From contig JAZNJG010000189.1 in the NCBI GenBank assembly GCA_045577945.1, forward strand, positions 1-59,505: a DNA stretch of 59,505 bases. The letters are read 5' to 3'. Positions 48,202 to 58,074 of this stretch are shown here, piece by piece. The stretch comes from Bacilli bacterium (GTDB taxonomy: Bacteria > Bacillota_I > Bacilli_A > ML615J-28 > CAG-698). The position numbers and the translations under genes were made by a program. The notes under the pieces were generated by a model. The model was not told the DNA's origin. It was given only the letters and a program-made list of their open reading frames with translations, and did no database searches. Position 1 is the first letter of the stretch; the number at the start of each line of letters is the position of its first letter.

Positions 48202-50484
48202 CTATAATAAGTCCGCCAATACTTCTAAATATTTTGCGGTAGTGTGTCCCCAAATTTCTTTAAATACCGCATTTGTATAGTCAGGCCAATAAGGAAGGTC
48301 ATGACTACCTAATGTTTTAATACCAACAGGTAAACTACCAACGATTTGTTTAGAGAAGGCTACATATAGTTTATGATTGTTGTATCCTTCTCCATACATA
48401 AGAGATGAGCTAAAAGGATTAAATCCAATCGTCCATTCAATTTGTCTTTGTGAAATATCTTTCAATTCTTGATCATTAAATAGTTTTGATAAAGCAGAGA
48501 CTGCTTTAGTCTTGCTTAATAAAGTAGCTAGGAATCCTCTTCTTGTATCAGAAATTGGATTAAGTCTTAAATACCAATTATCCTTAAGATGAACTCCAGA
48601 CTCTATTTGAGCTTTAAAGTTATTATACATTTTCTCCTTATCATAATTTCTAGGTAAAGTAAAGTGCTCATAATTAACTTTATCAATATTACAAATAGAA
48701 GCAGGTAATAGACCATAAGGTTGTGAGTATTTTATACTTTCTTTAATGTAATTTATATATAGTTTTAAAGATTGATAGATCTTATCTTTAAGAGGAGATT
48801 CCTCTAATAAATTATATGCACTAATTAATCCCCAAACAGGATATTCTTCATGACCTCTATGCTCATAATGTAATAGATATTTATGATCAACATCCTCATA
48901 ATAGAAACCATACAATGGAACATCTTTATTAGTTTCTTGTGTAGTAACTACTTTATTAACAAAATCTTCAATAATATCTAAGTATTTATTATTGTTTGTA
49001 AATTTATAAGCAAGGGATAAAGCAATCAATCCACACCCACAAGTTTGTGATGTAATCGGTTTACCCCATCTAACAGTATAAATATCATTTATAAATTCAT
49101 CATAAGCAAAATCTAAATCCTCTAATCCACATCTTAAAAGATAATTAGCATATAAAGGGTCTCTTTCTTTAAATACTTCATAACCTCTTAATAAAGAAAT
49201 AGAAGATAAAAAGTTTTCAAATGAACCTCTTTCAGCAGGATTAGTTTTAATAGTTTCATTATCTGGTGATAAAACATTATCTCTCCAAATAGAATAAGTA
49301 ACAGCCATAGCACGATAACCATCACCAAAACGAGTTTGAAGTAACCAGTCTAACCCAACCATAGCTTCTTCTAAAATTCTTTCATTTAACTCTTTATCAA
49401 ATTTACCATAGATATCTAAAAGAGAAGTAGCAATCTCAGCTGTACATATTTCAAATTGTGAGACATCACCAGCATCATGCCAGCCTCCATGATTTGGAAC
49501 AGTTCTACCATCAGGATGCACACTCTTACAATTTAAATGACATTTGGTATGAACTCCAGGAATATGTTCTCCACATCTAAGCATTCTAAGGAAATTCATA
49601 CTCTTTAGAACAGAAGAGTTAAAACATTCATCACTAATAATAAAATCTTCTGATTTTATATCATCAATTTCTATATGGTAGATACCTTCTTTTTCAAGGG
49701 AACTAAAGTCAAGTAAAGTAAAAGATCCTAAATTAGAATTACACTCTTTAGTATCAAATGTAAATGTATCACTATCATTGCATACTTTAAATGTTTTTGT
49801 GAAAGTATGACTGACAACAGCATGTTTCGTACTTACTAATTTATACCCACAATGAGAAAAGGCAATTCTATTTTCTAACTCCCAACCTTCATCATAAATA
49901 TTGGCTTTCTTTAAAGCTGAAATAGATTTAATATATACCTTAATATCAGGAAGAGCTTCTGGAGGGCAACCCATTAAAAATGGTGTAATAGAAAATAAGC
50001 AAATATCATCTCTTACAATATGCGAGCAATTCCAATCAATATTCATCCAAACATTAGGATATACAATTGGTGCGTGATTAGTATAATGACCAGTATTTCC
50101 TGTCATAAAGTGAAAATAAAAGCCCTCGTAGCCAGTTGCCTCAACATAAATTTGAGCATTCAAATAATTATATTCTGAAAGATCTAGATGCTCAAATTTA
50201 AAAGAAATTGAAGAAGAAGGTCTAGGTTTGATATTCTCTATTTTAGTATTAGTTGATAAGCACAAACATTCTTTATCATCAATTTTTTCTTTTGACAAAG
50301 TTCCTATACCGTTTAAAGTAATCAATTGATTTGTTAAATTATAATCTAAATTAGAAATATCAAATAAATCATATTTTTTTTCAATTTTCGATTTGTTTTC
50401 AAATACATTATTTAGATCTTTTTGATCTAATAAAATCTCTTTTCGTGCATAATTACTTTCCTTAGCTATTTTTTTATAATCCAT
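48202..50484 (-). CDS. Glycoside hydrolase family 9, no signal peptide
   Basis: Ig-like segment (GIYHIEI), GGWHDAGD, IGFNPF...YGEG and C-terminal KEIW (candidate acid Glu). Confidence 0.83.
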   Translation of the reverse strand: MDYKKIAKESNYARKEILLDQKDLNNVFENKSKIEKKYDLFDISNLDYNLTNQLITLNGIGTLSKEKIDDKECLCLSTNTKIENIKPRPSSSISFKFEHLDLSEYNYLNAQIYVEATGYEGFYFHFMTGNTGHYTNHAPIVYPNVWMNIDWNCSHIVRDDICLFSITPFLMGCPPEALPDIKVYIKSISALKKANIYDEGWELENRIAFSHCGYKLVSTKHAVVSHTFTKTFKVCNDSDTFTFDTKECNSNLGSFTLLDFSSLEKEGIYHIEIDDIKSEDFIISDECFNSSVLKSMNFLRMLRCGEHIPGVHTKCHLNCKSVHPDGRTVPNHGGWHDAGDVSQFEICTAEIATSLLDIYGKFDKELNERILEEAMVGLDWLLQTRFGDGYRAMAVTYSIWRDNVLSPDNETIKTNPAERGSFENFLSSISLLRGYEVFKERDPLYANYLLRCGLEDLDFAYDEFINDIYTVRWGKPITSQTCGCGLIALSLAYKFTNNNKYLDIIEDFVNKVVTTQETNKDVPLYGFYYEDVDHKYLLHYEHRGHEEYPVWGLISAYNLLEESPLKDKIYQSLKLYINYIKESIKYSQPYGLLPASICNIDKVNYEHFTLPRNYDKEKMYNNFKAQIESGVHLKDNWYLRLNPISDTRRGFLATLLSKTKAVSALSKLFNDQELKDISQRQIEWTIGFNPFSSSLMYGEGYNNHKLYVAFSKQIVGSLPVGIKTLGSHDLPYWPDYTNAVFKEIWGHTTAKYLEVLADLL

Positions 50485-50672
50485 ATTTATACCATCCTTT
50501 ATATCATAGTATGATTTCTCTTTATATTTATTTTATCAAAAAAAACAATTTAATCAAATAAAATAGTATCCTAAATATATAAAATACGTAAAAAAAATAA
50601 AAATAAAAAATAATCTTAATAAAAAGATTATTTCATTAAAGTTTTAAATAATTAAAATAAAAGCAAAAAACA

Positions 50673-51494
50673 CTAAACTCTTTTAATTTCAGTATAATCC
50701 TCAAGAGTATGATAATCTGGATCACCTTTTGGGATCCCCGCAAGAACTTGCATTTCATGATAACTTCTTGATTGAATATCATAGATAGCTTCATGTTTTT
50801 CTAAATCATTATTAACATACATTATTTTCCCAACTCTTAGCGTTACGAAAGGAACACTTTTAAAGATATATTTTAATAACCCCTTTCTTGGTCTAAAAGA
50901 AATAGCCATTGGTAAGATAGGGAGATTATATTGTTGAGCATACTTAAAGCATCCTTTTTTTAATGGTCTAATATAGGGATAATAGAACCACATTGAACCT
51001 TCTGGAAAAACGTGAATCCATTTTTTATCCTTAACACAACTCTCAATAGCTTTAGAAAAATAAGGTAAAGCTTTCAATTTCTGAGGAATAGGAATTCCTC
51101 CAATAAGTTTAATAAAGAATCTATTTGGTCCTTCAAAGTTAACAGGCCAAGCCACAACATATTCCATTTTTGGTCTTATAGCTTTTAAAATAGCAATATA
51201 ATCTATCATAAACACATGATTACATATAGTCATTACAGAAGTTTTTAATTTTTTTGCTTCTTTAACATTCTCTCTTCCCTCGATCTTTAAATTGTATCTA
51301 AAGAACATAAATGGAAAAGCAATAAGGTGAATAATAATATTTCCAAAAAACCTTATTATTCGGTACCATAGAGTATTATTGTAATATCGATGATTTTCAT
51401 CAAAGTGAGTATCAACTTGATGTTTGACTTTAATCATATGGACATCTGTCTTATCAGGGTACGTATATTTCGTAATATCAGGTTTGTAACGCAT
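50673..51494 (-). CDS. PlsC-family lysophospholipid acyltransferase
   Basis: NHVFMID (HX4D), FPEG, KKG and LPILP. Confidence 0.88.
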   Translation of the reverse strand: MRYKPDITKYTYPDKTDVHMIKVKHQVDTHFDENHRYYNNTLWYRIIRFFGNIIIHLIAFPFMFFRYNLKIEGRENVKEAKKLKTSVMTICNHVFMIDYIAILKAIRPKMEYVVAWPVNFEGPNRFFIKLIGGIPIPQKLKALPYFSKAIESCVKDKKWIHVFPEGSMWFYYPYIRPLKKGCFKYAQQYNLPILPMAISFRPRKGLLKYIFKSVPFVTLRVGKIMYVNNDLEKHEAIYDIQSRSYHEMQVLAGIPKGDPDYHTLEDYTEIKRV

Positions 51495-51672
51495 AATAAC
51501 TCCTTTAATCTTGTATAATTATATCATAGAATGTAGGAAAATGTAAAATGAATAATAAATAAAGAGAGAAAGATAAATATAAAAATGTGATTTCATTGAA
51601 AAAAAAGAAAATTTGTGATAAGATAAATACAAATATAATAATAAAAAATGAAAAAAAGATAGGAGATTATTT

Positions 51673-51933
51673 ATGAAAATAGGAATTTGTGGGAGTGTTG
51701 AATCTAATGATTGTATGATTACTTGTACAACAAATACTAGTAATGAAAATAAAGTAATTATTAATAGTATAGTAGATGATTTTTTTCATGATCAAATCGA
51801 AAAAGTGATAGTAGAAACGTTAAAAGAAGAAAACATTTCAGGAATTGTTGTTAAATGTGACGATAAAGGAGCTTTAGATTATACGATAAAATCTCGCTTA
51901 CTAACAGCAATTCACCGTTTTAATGATAAATAA
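51673..51933 (+). CDS. citD: Citrate/citramalate lyase acyl carrier protein (gamma)
   Basis: GSVESND with the prosthetic-group Ser; DKGALDYTIKSR. Confidence 0.9.
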   Translation: MKIGICGSVESNDCMITCTTNTSNENKVIINSIVDDFFHDQIEKVIVETLKEENISGIVVKCDDKGALDYTIKSRLLTAIHRFNDK

Positions 51934-51952
51934 TTAAAAATAGGAGTAAAAT

Positions 51953-52807
51953 ATGAGAAGAAGTCTATTATTTATCCCAGGAAATAAACCAGGAATGGTA
52001 CAAAATAGTGATGTATTTGAAAGTGATACAGTTATTTTTGACTTAGAAGATGCAGTAAGTGTGACTGAAAAAGATAGTGCACGCATACTAGTAAGTAATT
52101 ATTTAAAATCATTTAAACCAAACGTTGAAGTTTGTATTAGAATTAACGGATTGGATACAACTTTTTATGAAGAAGACTTAAAAGAAATTGTAACTGAAAA
52201 AGTAGATGCAATTATGCTTCCTAAAGCAAGAATTGACGAAGTAAAAAAATTAGATGAATTATTGACAACACTTGAAAAAGAAAGAAAGATAACTAAAGAA
52301 ATTAAAATCATTCCAATTATAGAACTTTGTATATCTTTAATTGAAGTTGATCAAATTGCTTTCTTAAATAGAGTTGATGGAATCTTATTAGGCGCTGAGG
52401 ACCTAAGTAAGGATCTAGAAGTCGAGAGAACAAAAAGTGGAGAAGAGATATTCTATGCGCGTAGTAGAATTGCTAACGCTTGTAAAGCTGCTAAAATTGA
52501 TGCTATTGATACACCTTTTACTGATACATTAGATAAAGAAGGATTAGAAAAGGATGCTAGATTTAGTAAAAAGTTAGGTATGAACGCTAAGAGTGCAATC
52601 CATCCAAATCAAATTGAAGTAATTAATGAAGTGTATCTTCCTACTCAAAAAGAAATTAATTGGGCTTTAAGAGTCATAAAAGCAAAAGAAGAGAATTTTG
52701 CTAAAGGAATAGGAGTATTTAGTTTAGATGGAAAGATGGTTGATAAACCAGTAATAGAATCAGCAGAAAAAGTAGTTATTAAGGCTAAAAGATATAAAGT
52801 AATATAA
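51953..52807 (+). CDS. citE: Citrate/citramalate lyase beta subunit
   Basis: RRSLLFIPG, FDLEDAV, GAED, AIHPNQI and DGKMVD. Confidence 0.92.
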   Translation: MRRSLLFIPGNKPGMVQNSDVFESDTVIFDLEDAVSVTEKDSARILVSNYLKSFKPNVEVCIRINGLDTTFYEEDLKEIVTEKVDAIMLPKARIDEVKKLDELLTTLEKERKITKEIKIIPIIELCISLIEVDQIAFLNRVDGILLGAEDLSKDLEVERTKSGEEIFYARSRIANACKAAKIDAIDTPFTDTLDKEGLEKDARFSKKLGMNAKSAIHPNQIEVINEVYLPTQKEINWALRVIKAKEENFAKGIGVFSLDGKMVDKPVIESAEKVVIKAKRYKVI

Positions 52808-52817
52808 GAGGTATGAT

Positions 52818-54326
52818 ATGAATACAAAATCTAATATAAGTTTTGACACAGAAAATAAATATATCTCAAGTGAAGAATATAAAAAATACCCAAGAAGACT
52901 AATAAACGAAAAGAATACAAGTGAAGATTATATATTATTAAATAATATAGAAGAAGCATTTGATGAATTTAACATTACCAATGGTATGACTTTATCATTC
53001 CATCATCATTTAAGAAACGGTGATTATGTTTTAAACATGGTAATGGAAGTCATTAAAAAAAGAAACTTAAAGAATATGATAATTGCTCCTAGTTCAATCT
53101 TTCCAAGCAATGAAATCGTAGCAGAATTAATTAGAAGTGGAAATATTGTAAAGATATATACAAATTATATTTCAGGGGAAACTGGTAAAGCAATAATAGA
53201 AGGTTCTTTAAAAGAGAAAGTATATATGTGCACTCATGGAGGAAGAGCTAGAGCAATTGAAAGTGGAGATATAAAGATTGATGTTGCTTTTTTAGGAATG
53301 CCAACAGTAGATAAATTAGCAAACGGAACAGGAAAATTTGGACGAAGTGCTTGTGGGAGCATTGGATATGCTTTAAGCGATGTTAAATATGCTAATAAGG
53401 TAGTTTTCGTAACTGATAATTTTGTTGATGAAGTATTAGAAAATTGCGAAGCTGAAGGTAAATATTGTGATGCAGTCTGTGTGGTAAAAGAAATAGGAGA
53501 TCCTAAAGGCATCGTATCTGGAACTACAAAAATCACAAAAGATCCTGTAGGATTAAAGATTGCAAGAAATACTGCAGCACTACTTGAAGAAATAGGAGTT
53601 CTTAAAGAAGGTTTCTCAATGCAAACAGGTGCAGGAGGAACAAGTCTTGCAACTTGCAGTTATGTTAAAGAAATAATGAAGAAAAAAAATATTAAAGCAA
53701 GTTTTGCAACTGGAGGAATAACTGGATATTTTGTAGAAATGATGAAAGAGGGATTATTAAAAGAAATATATGATGTACAGTGTTTTGATTTAGATGCTGT
53801 TAAATCATATAGCGAAAACCCTAGCCATCATGGAATGAGTGCTTCTTTTTATGCTAATCCATATGATGAAAATTGTATAGTTAACAAATTGGATTTTGTT
53901 ATTTTAGGAGCAACTGAAATAGATTTAGATTTCAATGTTAATGTTACTACGGACTCACATGGAAATATTATTGGTGGTAGTGGTGGACATGCAGACACCG
54001 CAAATGGCGCTAATATTACCATAATTGTAACAAATCTAATTAAATCAAGAATGCCAATTGTAAAGAAACGTGTTACCACAATCACAACACCAGGGCAAGA
54101 TGTCGATGTTTTAGTAACAGAAAGAGGAATCGCAATCAATCCTTTAAGAAAAGATCTTTTAGAAAAACTAAAGAATAGTAAATTAAATATAATGCCAATA
54201 GAAAAATTATTGGAAATTAGTAACAGTTTAACTGGACTTCCAAAAGAACAATCACATTCAGATGAAATTGTAGGATATGTTATATATAGAGATGGTTCAG
54301 TAATAGATTATTTATATAAAAAATGA
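52818..54326 (+). CDS. citF: Citrate/citramalate lyase alpha subunit (ACP transferase)
   Basis: SFHHHLRNGD, HGGRARAI, QTGAGG, GGSGGH and YRDG. Confidence 0.94.
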   Translation: MNTKSNISFDTENKYISSEEYKKYPRRLINEKNTSEDYILLNNIEEAFDEFNITNGMTLSFHHHLRNGDYVLNMVMEVIKKRNLKNMIIAPSSIFPSNEIVAELIRSGNIVKIYTNYISGETGKAIIEGSLKEKVYMCTHGGRARAIESGDIKIDVAFLGMPTVDKLANGTGKFGRSACGSIGYALSDVKYANKVVFVTDNFVDEVLENCEAEGKYCDAVCVVKEIGDPKGIVSGTTKITKDPVGLKIARNTAALLEEIGVLKEGFSMQTGAGGTSLATCSYVKEIMKKKNIKASFATGGITGYFVEMMKEGLLKEIYDVQCFDLDAVKSYSENPSHHGMSASFYANPYDENCIVNKLDFVILGATEIDLDFNVNVTTDSHGNIIGGSGGHADTANGANITIIVTNLIKSRMPIVKKRVTTITTPGQDVDVLVTERGIAINPLRKDLLEKLKNSKLNIMPIEKLLEISNSLTGLPKEQSHSDEIVGYVIYRDGSVIDYLYKK

Positions 54327-54351
54327 AATAATTAAATATAAGGAGTCATAT

Positions 54352-55371
54352 ATGAAAGAAGCATATTTACCTTGTGAATATGATCAAATCAAAAGTATTC
54401 TTGAAGAAAACGATTTGGTTTTAGATAAGGACATTGATAAAACATTTTATATTGATGCTGAAGCATATAAAAATGGAGAATATATTAATGAAATAATAGG
54501 AACTGTTTCAATATATAAGAATATTATTAAAGATATTGCAGTTAGAAAATCATATATGAACTTAGGATATTTTGATACATTAATTAGTGAAGTTGTTAAT
54601 TATCTTTACCAAAATAATGTTTATCATATAATGGTTTATACAAAAGTAAAATATGCTAATCATTTCAAAAGTGCAGGTTTCAAAGAAATAACAAGAACTG
54701 ACACTTCAATTCTTCTTGAATATGGAACTCCTTTAATTGATGAAGTAGTAAATAAATATAAAGAAGCCCTAGAAAGAAAATTCAATATAAATGTTCAAAA
54801 TGAAGATATCGCATCAGTTGTAGTTAATGCGAATCCAATAACTAACGGACACATGTATTTAATTGAAAAAGCTGCAATAAATCACAAATATGTAATAGTG
54901 TTCGTCGTGGAAGAGGACTTATCATATTTATCGTTTAAAGAAAGAATGTCACTAGTATATCTATCATGTATGCATCTTCATAATGTAGCGGTTGTATCTT
55001 CTACTGAATATGTTGTTTCGTGTGCGACTTTTCCTGGATATTTTTTGAAAGACGAAAGTGATAAGCAAAAAGAATGGGCTAAAGTAGATTCACAAATATT
55101 TAGAGATTATTTTATGAAAACTTTAAATATTAAAAAAAGATATGTTGGCTCAGAAAGTAAAGGGTATATGCAAATGTATAACCAAACTCTATTAGAAGTT
55201 ATAAATAACGAAAATACGAAACTAGAAATAGTCGAAAGATATGAAGAGATTAGCGCTTCTAAGATTAGAAATTTAATTGAAGAGGGCAAAATCGATGATG
55301 CCTTAAAAGACATACCTAATAGCGCTAAAGCATTATTTTTAGGAATAATTCAAAACAAAAATAAATCATAA
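54352..55371 (+). CDS. citC: [Citrate lyase] ligase
   Basis: N-terminal GNAT-like part, NANPITNGH, ATFPGYF and ISASKIR. Confidence 0.92.
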   Translation: MKEAYLPCEYDQIKSILEENDLVLDKDIDKTFYIDAEAYKNGEYINEIIGTVSIYKNIIKDIAVRKSYMNLGYFDTLISEVVNYLYQNNVYHIMVYTKVKYANHFKSAGFKEITRTDTSILLEYGTPLIDEVVNKYKEALERKFNINVQNEDIASVVVNANPITNGHMYLIEKAAINHKYVIVFVVEEDLSYLSFKERMSLVYLSCMHLHNVAVVSSTEYVVSCATFPGYFLKDESDKQKEWAKVDSQIFRDYFMKTLNIKKRYVGSESKGYMQMYNQTLLEVINNENTKLEIVERYEEISASKIRNLIEEGKIDDALKDIPNSAKALFLGIIQNKNKS

Positions 55372-55380
55372 GTATAAGCT

Positions 55381-56658
55381 ATGGATAATATATCAGAATT
55401 AATATTAAAAGACAGAGAAGAAAGAATCAACAAGATTAAATCATTGCTAGAAATATATAATGTCTTATCTTTAAAAATCAATGTAATGGGTAGTAACAAA
55501 AACACTAGATTTGCCAATGTCCTACTACGATTATATGAATCTTACATAGATAATAATTTTTACAATAAAGATTATAAATATATTACGAAAACTAAATATC
55601 TTTCATATGATGGTACATATGTGCTATATACTTTTCCAAAAGATGTCCATTTAAAAAATATACTTATTAAAATTGAAGAAAGTGAAGAAGTAGGAAGGCT
55701 TTTGGATTTGGACTTTTATGAAAAGATCGAAACAGTTAATGATACATCTCTTACTTATTCTATAAGAAGGTCTTCACCTCGTAAATGCCTTATTTGTGAT
55801 GAAGATGTCTACACTTGCATGAGAAAAAGAAAACACTCTTTACAAGAATTGATTAATAAATCAGAAGAATTAACCTATAACAAAATTGAAAAGATGATAT
55901 CAAAGGCTATAAAGGATAGTATGCTTATGGAATTAGACTTACATCCGAAGTTTGGATTGGTTACGCCTTTTAGTAATGGTTCTCATAACGATATGAATTA
56001 TGACTTAATGAGAAATAGCCAAGAAGTAATATTCCCTTATTTAGTAAAGATGTTTAAGGTGGGATATTTTAATGAAAAACTTGATATTTTTGATAAAATT
56101 AATAAAATAGGCAAAGATGCTGAAAAAGCCATGTATGAATATACAAATAATATAAACACATACAAAGGACTAATATTTTGTTTAGGATTATTTGTGGCAG
56201 CTATTGGTTATGTTATGGCCAACAATTTAGCCCTTGAAGATGTATTTTTAACAATCAAGGAAGTATATATCGCAAGTGATCATTGCAAAATATGTAATAC
56301 GCAAACATATGGGTACAAAGTTTATAAAGAATTAAACTTTGGGGGAGTTAGAAAAGAAGCTTCCTTAGGTTTTCCTAGCGTAAAAAATTCATTAAATGTT
56401 AGCACGAGTACCCTTGTCACCCTTGTACATTTGATAACGATATCTGATGATAGCGTGTTACTAAAAAGATGTGGGACAAAAGAAAAGTATAATCAAGTAA
56501 AAGAAGTATTTAAAAAATTAAATTGTAATGATTTGGACGAAGTAAATAATTTAACTGAAGAAATGATAGAAGAGAATTTGAGCTTTGGAGGAAGTGCAGA
56601 TTTATTAGTTTGCACTTTATTTGTAAGAATTGTACAAAGCCAATATAATTTAATTTAA
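55381..56658 (+). CDS. citXG: CitX-CitG fusion (holo-ACP synthase / triphosphoribosyl-dephospho-CoA synthase)
   Basis: DREER, GRLLDLD, RKCLIC..C (CitX), then PKFGLV..GSHNDM, NTYKG, GGVRKEA and SFGGSADLL (CitG). Confidence 0.88.
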   Translation: MDNISELILKDREERINKIKSLLEIYNVLSLKINVMGSNKNTRFANVLLRLYESYIDNNFYNKDYKYITKTKYLSYDGTYVLYTFPKDVHLKNILIKIEESEEVGRLLDLDFYEKIETVNDTSLTYSIRRSSPRKCLICDEDVYTCMRKRKHSLQELINKSEELTYNKIEKMISKAIKDSMLMELDLHPKFGLVTPFSNGSHNDMNYDLMRNSQEVIFPYLVKMFKVGYFNEKLDIFDKINKIGKDAEKAMYEYTNNINTYKGLIFCLGLFVAAIGYVMANNLALEDVFLTIKEVYIASDHCKICNTQTYGYKVYKELNFGGVRKEASLGFPSVKNSLNVSTSTLVTLVHLITISDDSVLLKRCGTKEKYNQVKEVFKKLNCNDLDEVNNLTEEMIEENLSFGGSADLLVCTLFVRIVQSQYNLI

Positions 56659-56668
56659 GGAGCATAAA

Positions 56669-57508
56669 ATGAGAGAAATTAATTTAACTGATGTAACAAA
56701 CGCAGTAAAGAAAATGTTAATAGAAGCATGCTATTACATTCCATGCAACGTGCTTGAATCTTTAAAGAAAGCGTATGAAAAGGAAGAATCATCATTAGGA
56801 AAAGAAATAATACAAAAAATTATAGAAAATGATGAACTTGCAAGAGATAAGGATCTACCTATTTGTCAAGATACAGGAATCGTTGTTTGTTTTTTAGAAA
56901 TAGGATCAGAAGTAATCTTTAAAGGAGATATATATGAAGCAATTAATGAAGGAGTAAAAGAAGCTTATATTAATGGCTACTTAAGAAAATCTGTTGTTGA
57001 ACATCCATTAAACAGAGTTAACACAAAAACAAACGCTCCTGCAATTACTCATATTAAAATAGTACCTGGAGATGGATTTAAAATCACTGTTGCCCCAAAA
57101 GGTGGAGGCAGTGAAAATATGAGTCTTGTGAAAATGCTAATTCCCGCTGATGGTGTAGAAGGCATTAAGAAACTTGTTATTGATACTGTATTTAATGCGG
57201 GCGGGAAACCATGTCCACCAATCATAGTAGGACTTGGAATAGGAGGAGATTTAGAAAAATCAGCTCTTCTAGCTAAAGAAGCATTAATGAGAGAAATAGA
57301 TGATGAATCAGATGATCCAATTGCGAGAAAACTAGAACAAGAGTTATTAGAAGAAATTAATAATGTTGGAATAGGTCCAATGGGTTTTGGAGGAAAAGTA
57401 ACTTGTCTAGCAGTGAAAGTCAATACATATCCATGTCATATAGCCTCACTTCCAGTTGCAATTAATATTCAATGTCATGCAAGCAGACATAAATCATGTA
57501 CACTTTAA
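56669..57508 (+). CDS. Class I Fe-S hydro-lyase alpha subunit (fumarate hydratase/mesaconase/TtdA type)
   Basis: PICQDTG, PKGGGSEN, PCPP, GPMGFGG, CHIAS and QCHASRH. Confidence 0.93.
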   Translation: MREINLTDVTNAVKKMLIEACYYIPCNVLESLKKAYEKEESSLGKEIIQKIIENDELARDKDLPICQDTGIVVCFLEIGSEVIFKGDIYEAINEGVKEAYINGYLRKSVVEHPLNRVNTKTNAPAITHIKIVPGDGFKITVAPKGGGSENMSLVKMLIPADGVEGIKKLVIDTVFNAGGKPCPPIIVGLGIGGDLEKSALLAKEALMREIDDESDDPIARKLEQELLEEINNVGIGPMGFGGKVTCLAVKVNTYPCHIASLPVAINIQCHASRHKSCTL

Positions 57509-57522
57509 AAGGGAGAAACACT

Positions 57523-58074
57523 ATGATTTTAAACTTACCATTAAAAGAAAATGATGTAAAAGAATTATTAAACATTCATGCCGGAGATGTTGTATATTTA
57601 AATGGTACAATCTATACTGCAAGAGATGCTGCTCATAAAAGACTTGTGGAACTTATTAACAAAGGTGAAAAGCTTCCAATAGATATAAATAACGGAGCAA
57701 TTTATTATGTTGGGCCAACTCCCGCAAAACCTGGAAGAGTAATAGGCTCTGCTGGACCAACATCTAGTTATCGTATGGATCCATATTCTGAAGATATGAT
57801 GAGAAACGGCTTAAAGATAATGATTGGAAAAGGCTCAAGAAATCAAAAATATAAAGATGATTTAGTTAAATATGAAGCAATTTACCTTTCAACAATTGGT
57901 GGCGCTGCAGCATTAATATCTGAGAGTATAAAAAAATGTGAACTTGTATGTTATGAAGATTTAGGTGCAGAAGCAATATATAAATTAGAGGTGGAAAATT
58001 TTTATACGATATGTACATATGATGCTCATGGAGTTGATTTATTTGAAGAAGGAGTAAATAAGTTTAAGAAATGA
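57523..58074 (+). CDS. Class I Fe-S hydro-lyase beta subunit
   Basis: TARDAAH, YVGP, GPTSSYRM, IGKG and DLGAEA. Start at ATG 57523 after gggaga. Confidence 0.93.
   Translation: MILNLPLKENDVKELLNIHAGDVVYLNGTIYTARDAAHKRLVELINKGEKLPIDINNGAIYYVGPTPAKPGRVIGSAGPTSSYRMDPYSEDMMRNGLKIMIGKGSRNQKYKDDLVKYEAIYLSTIGGAAALISESIKKCELVCYEDLGAEAIYKLEVENFYTICTYDAHGVDLFEEGVNKFKK

Noticed and set aside
48200-48253. 52-nt ispH/GH9 overlap and similar extended starts (rpsH 31801, hydratase beta 57496, OlsB-like 18767)
   Set aside because: These are artefacts of longest-ORF calling. Downstream ATGs match family N-termini and/or RBS positions.
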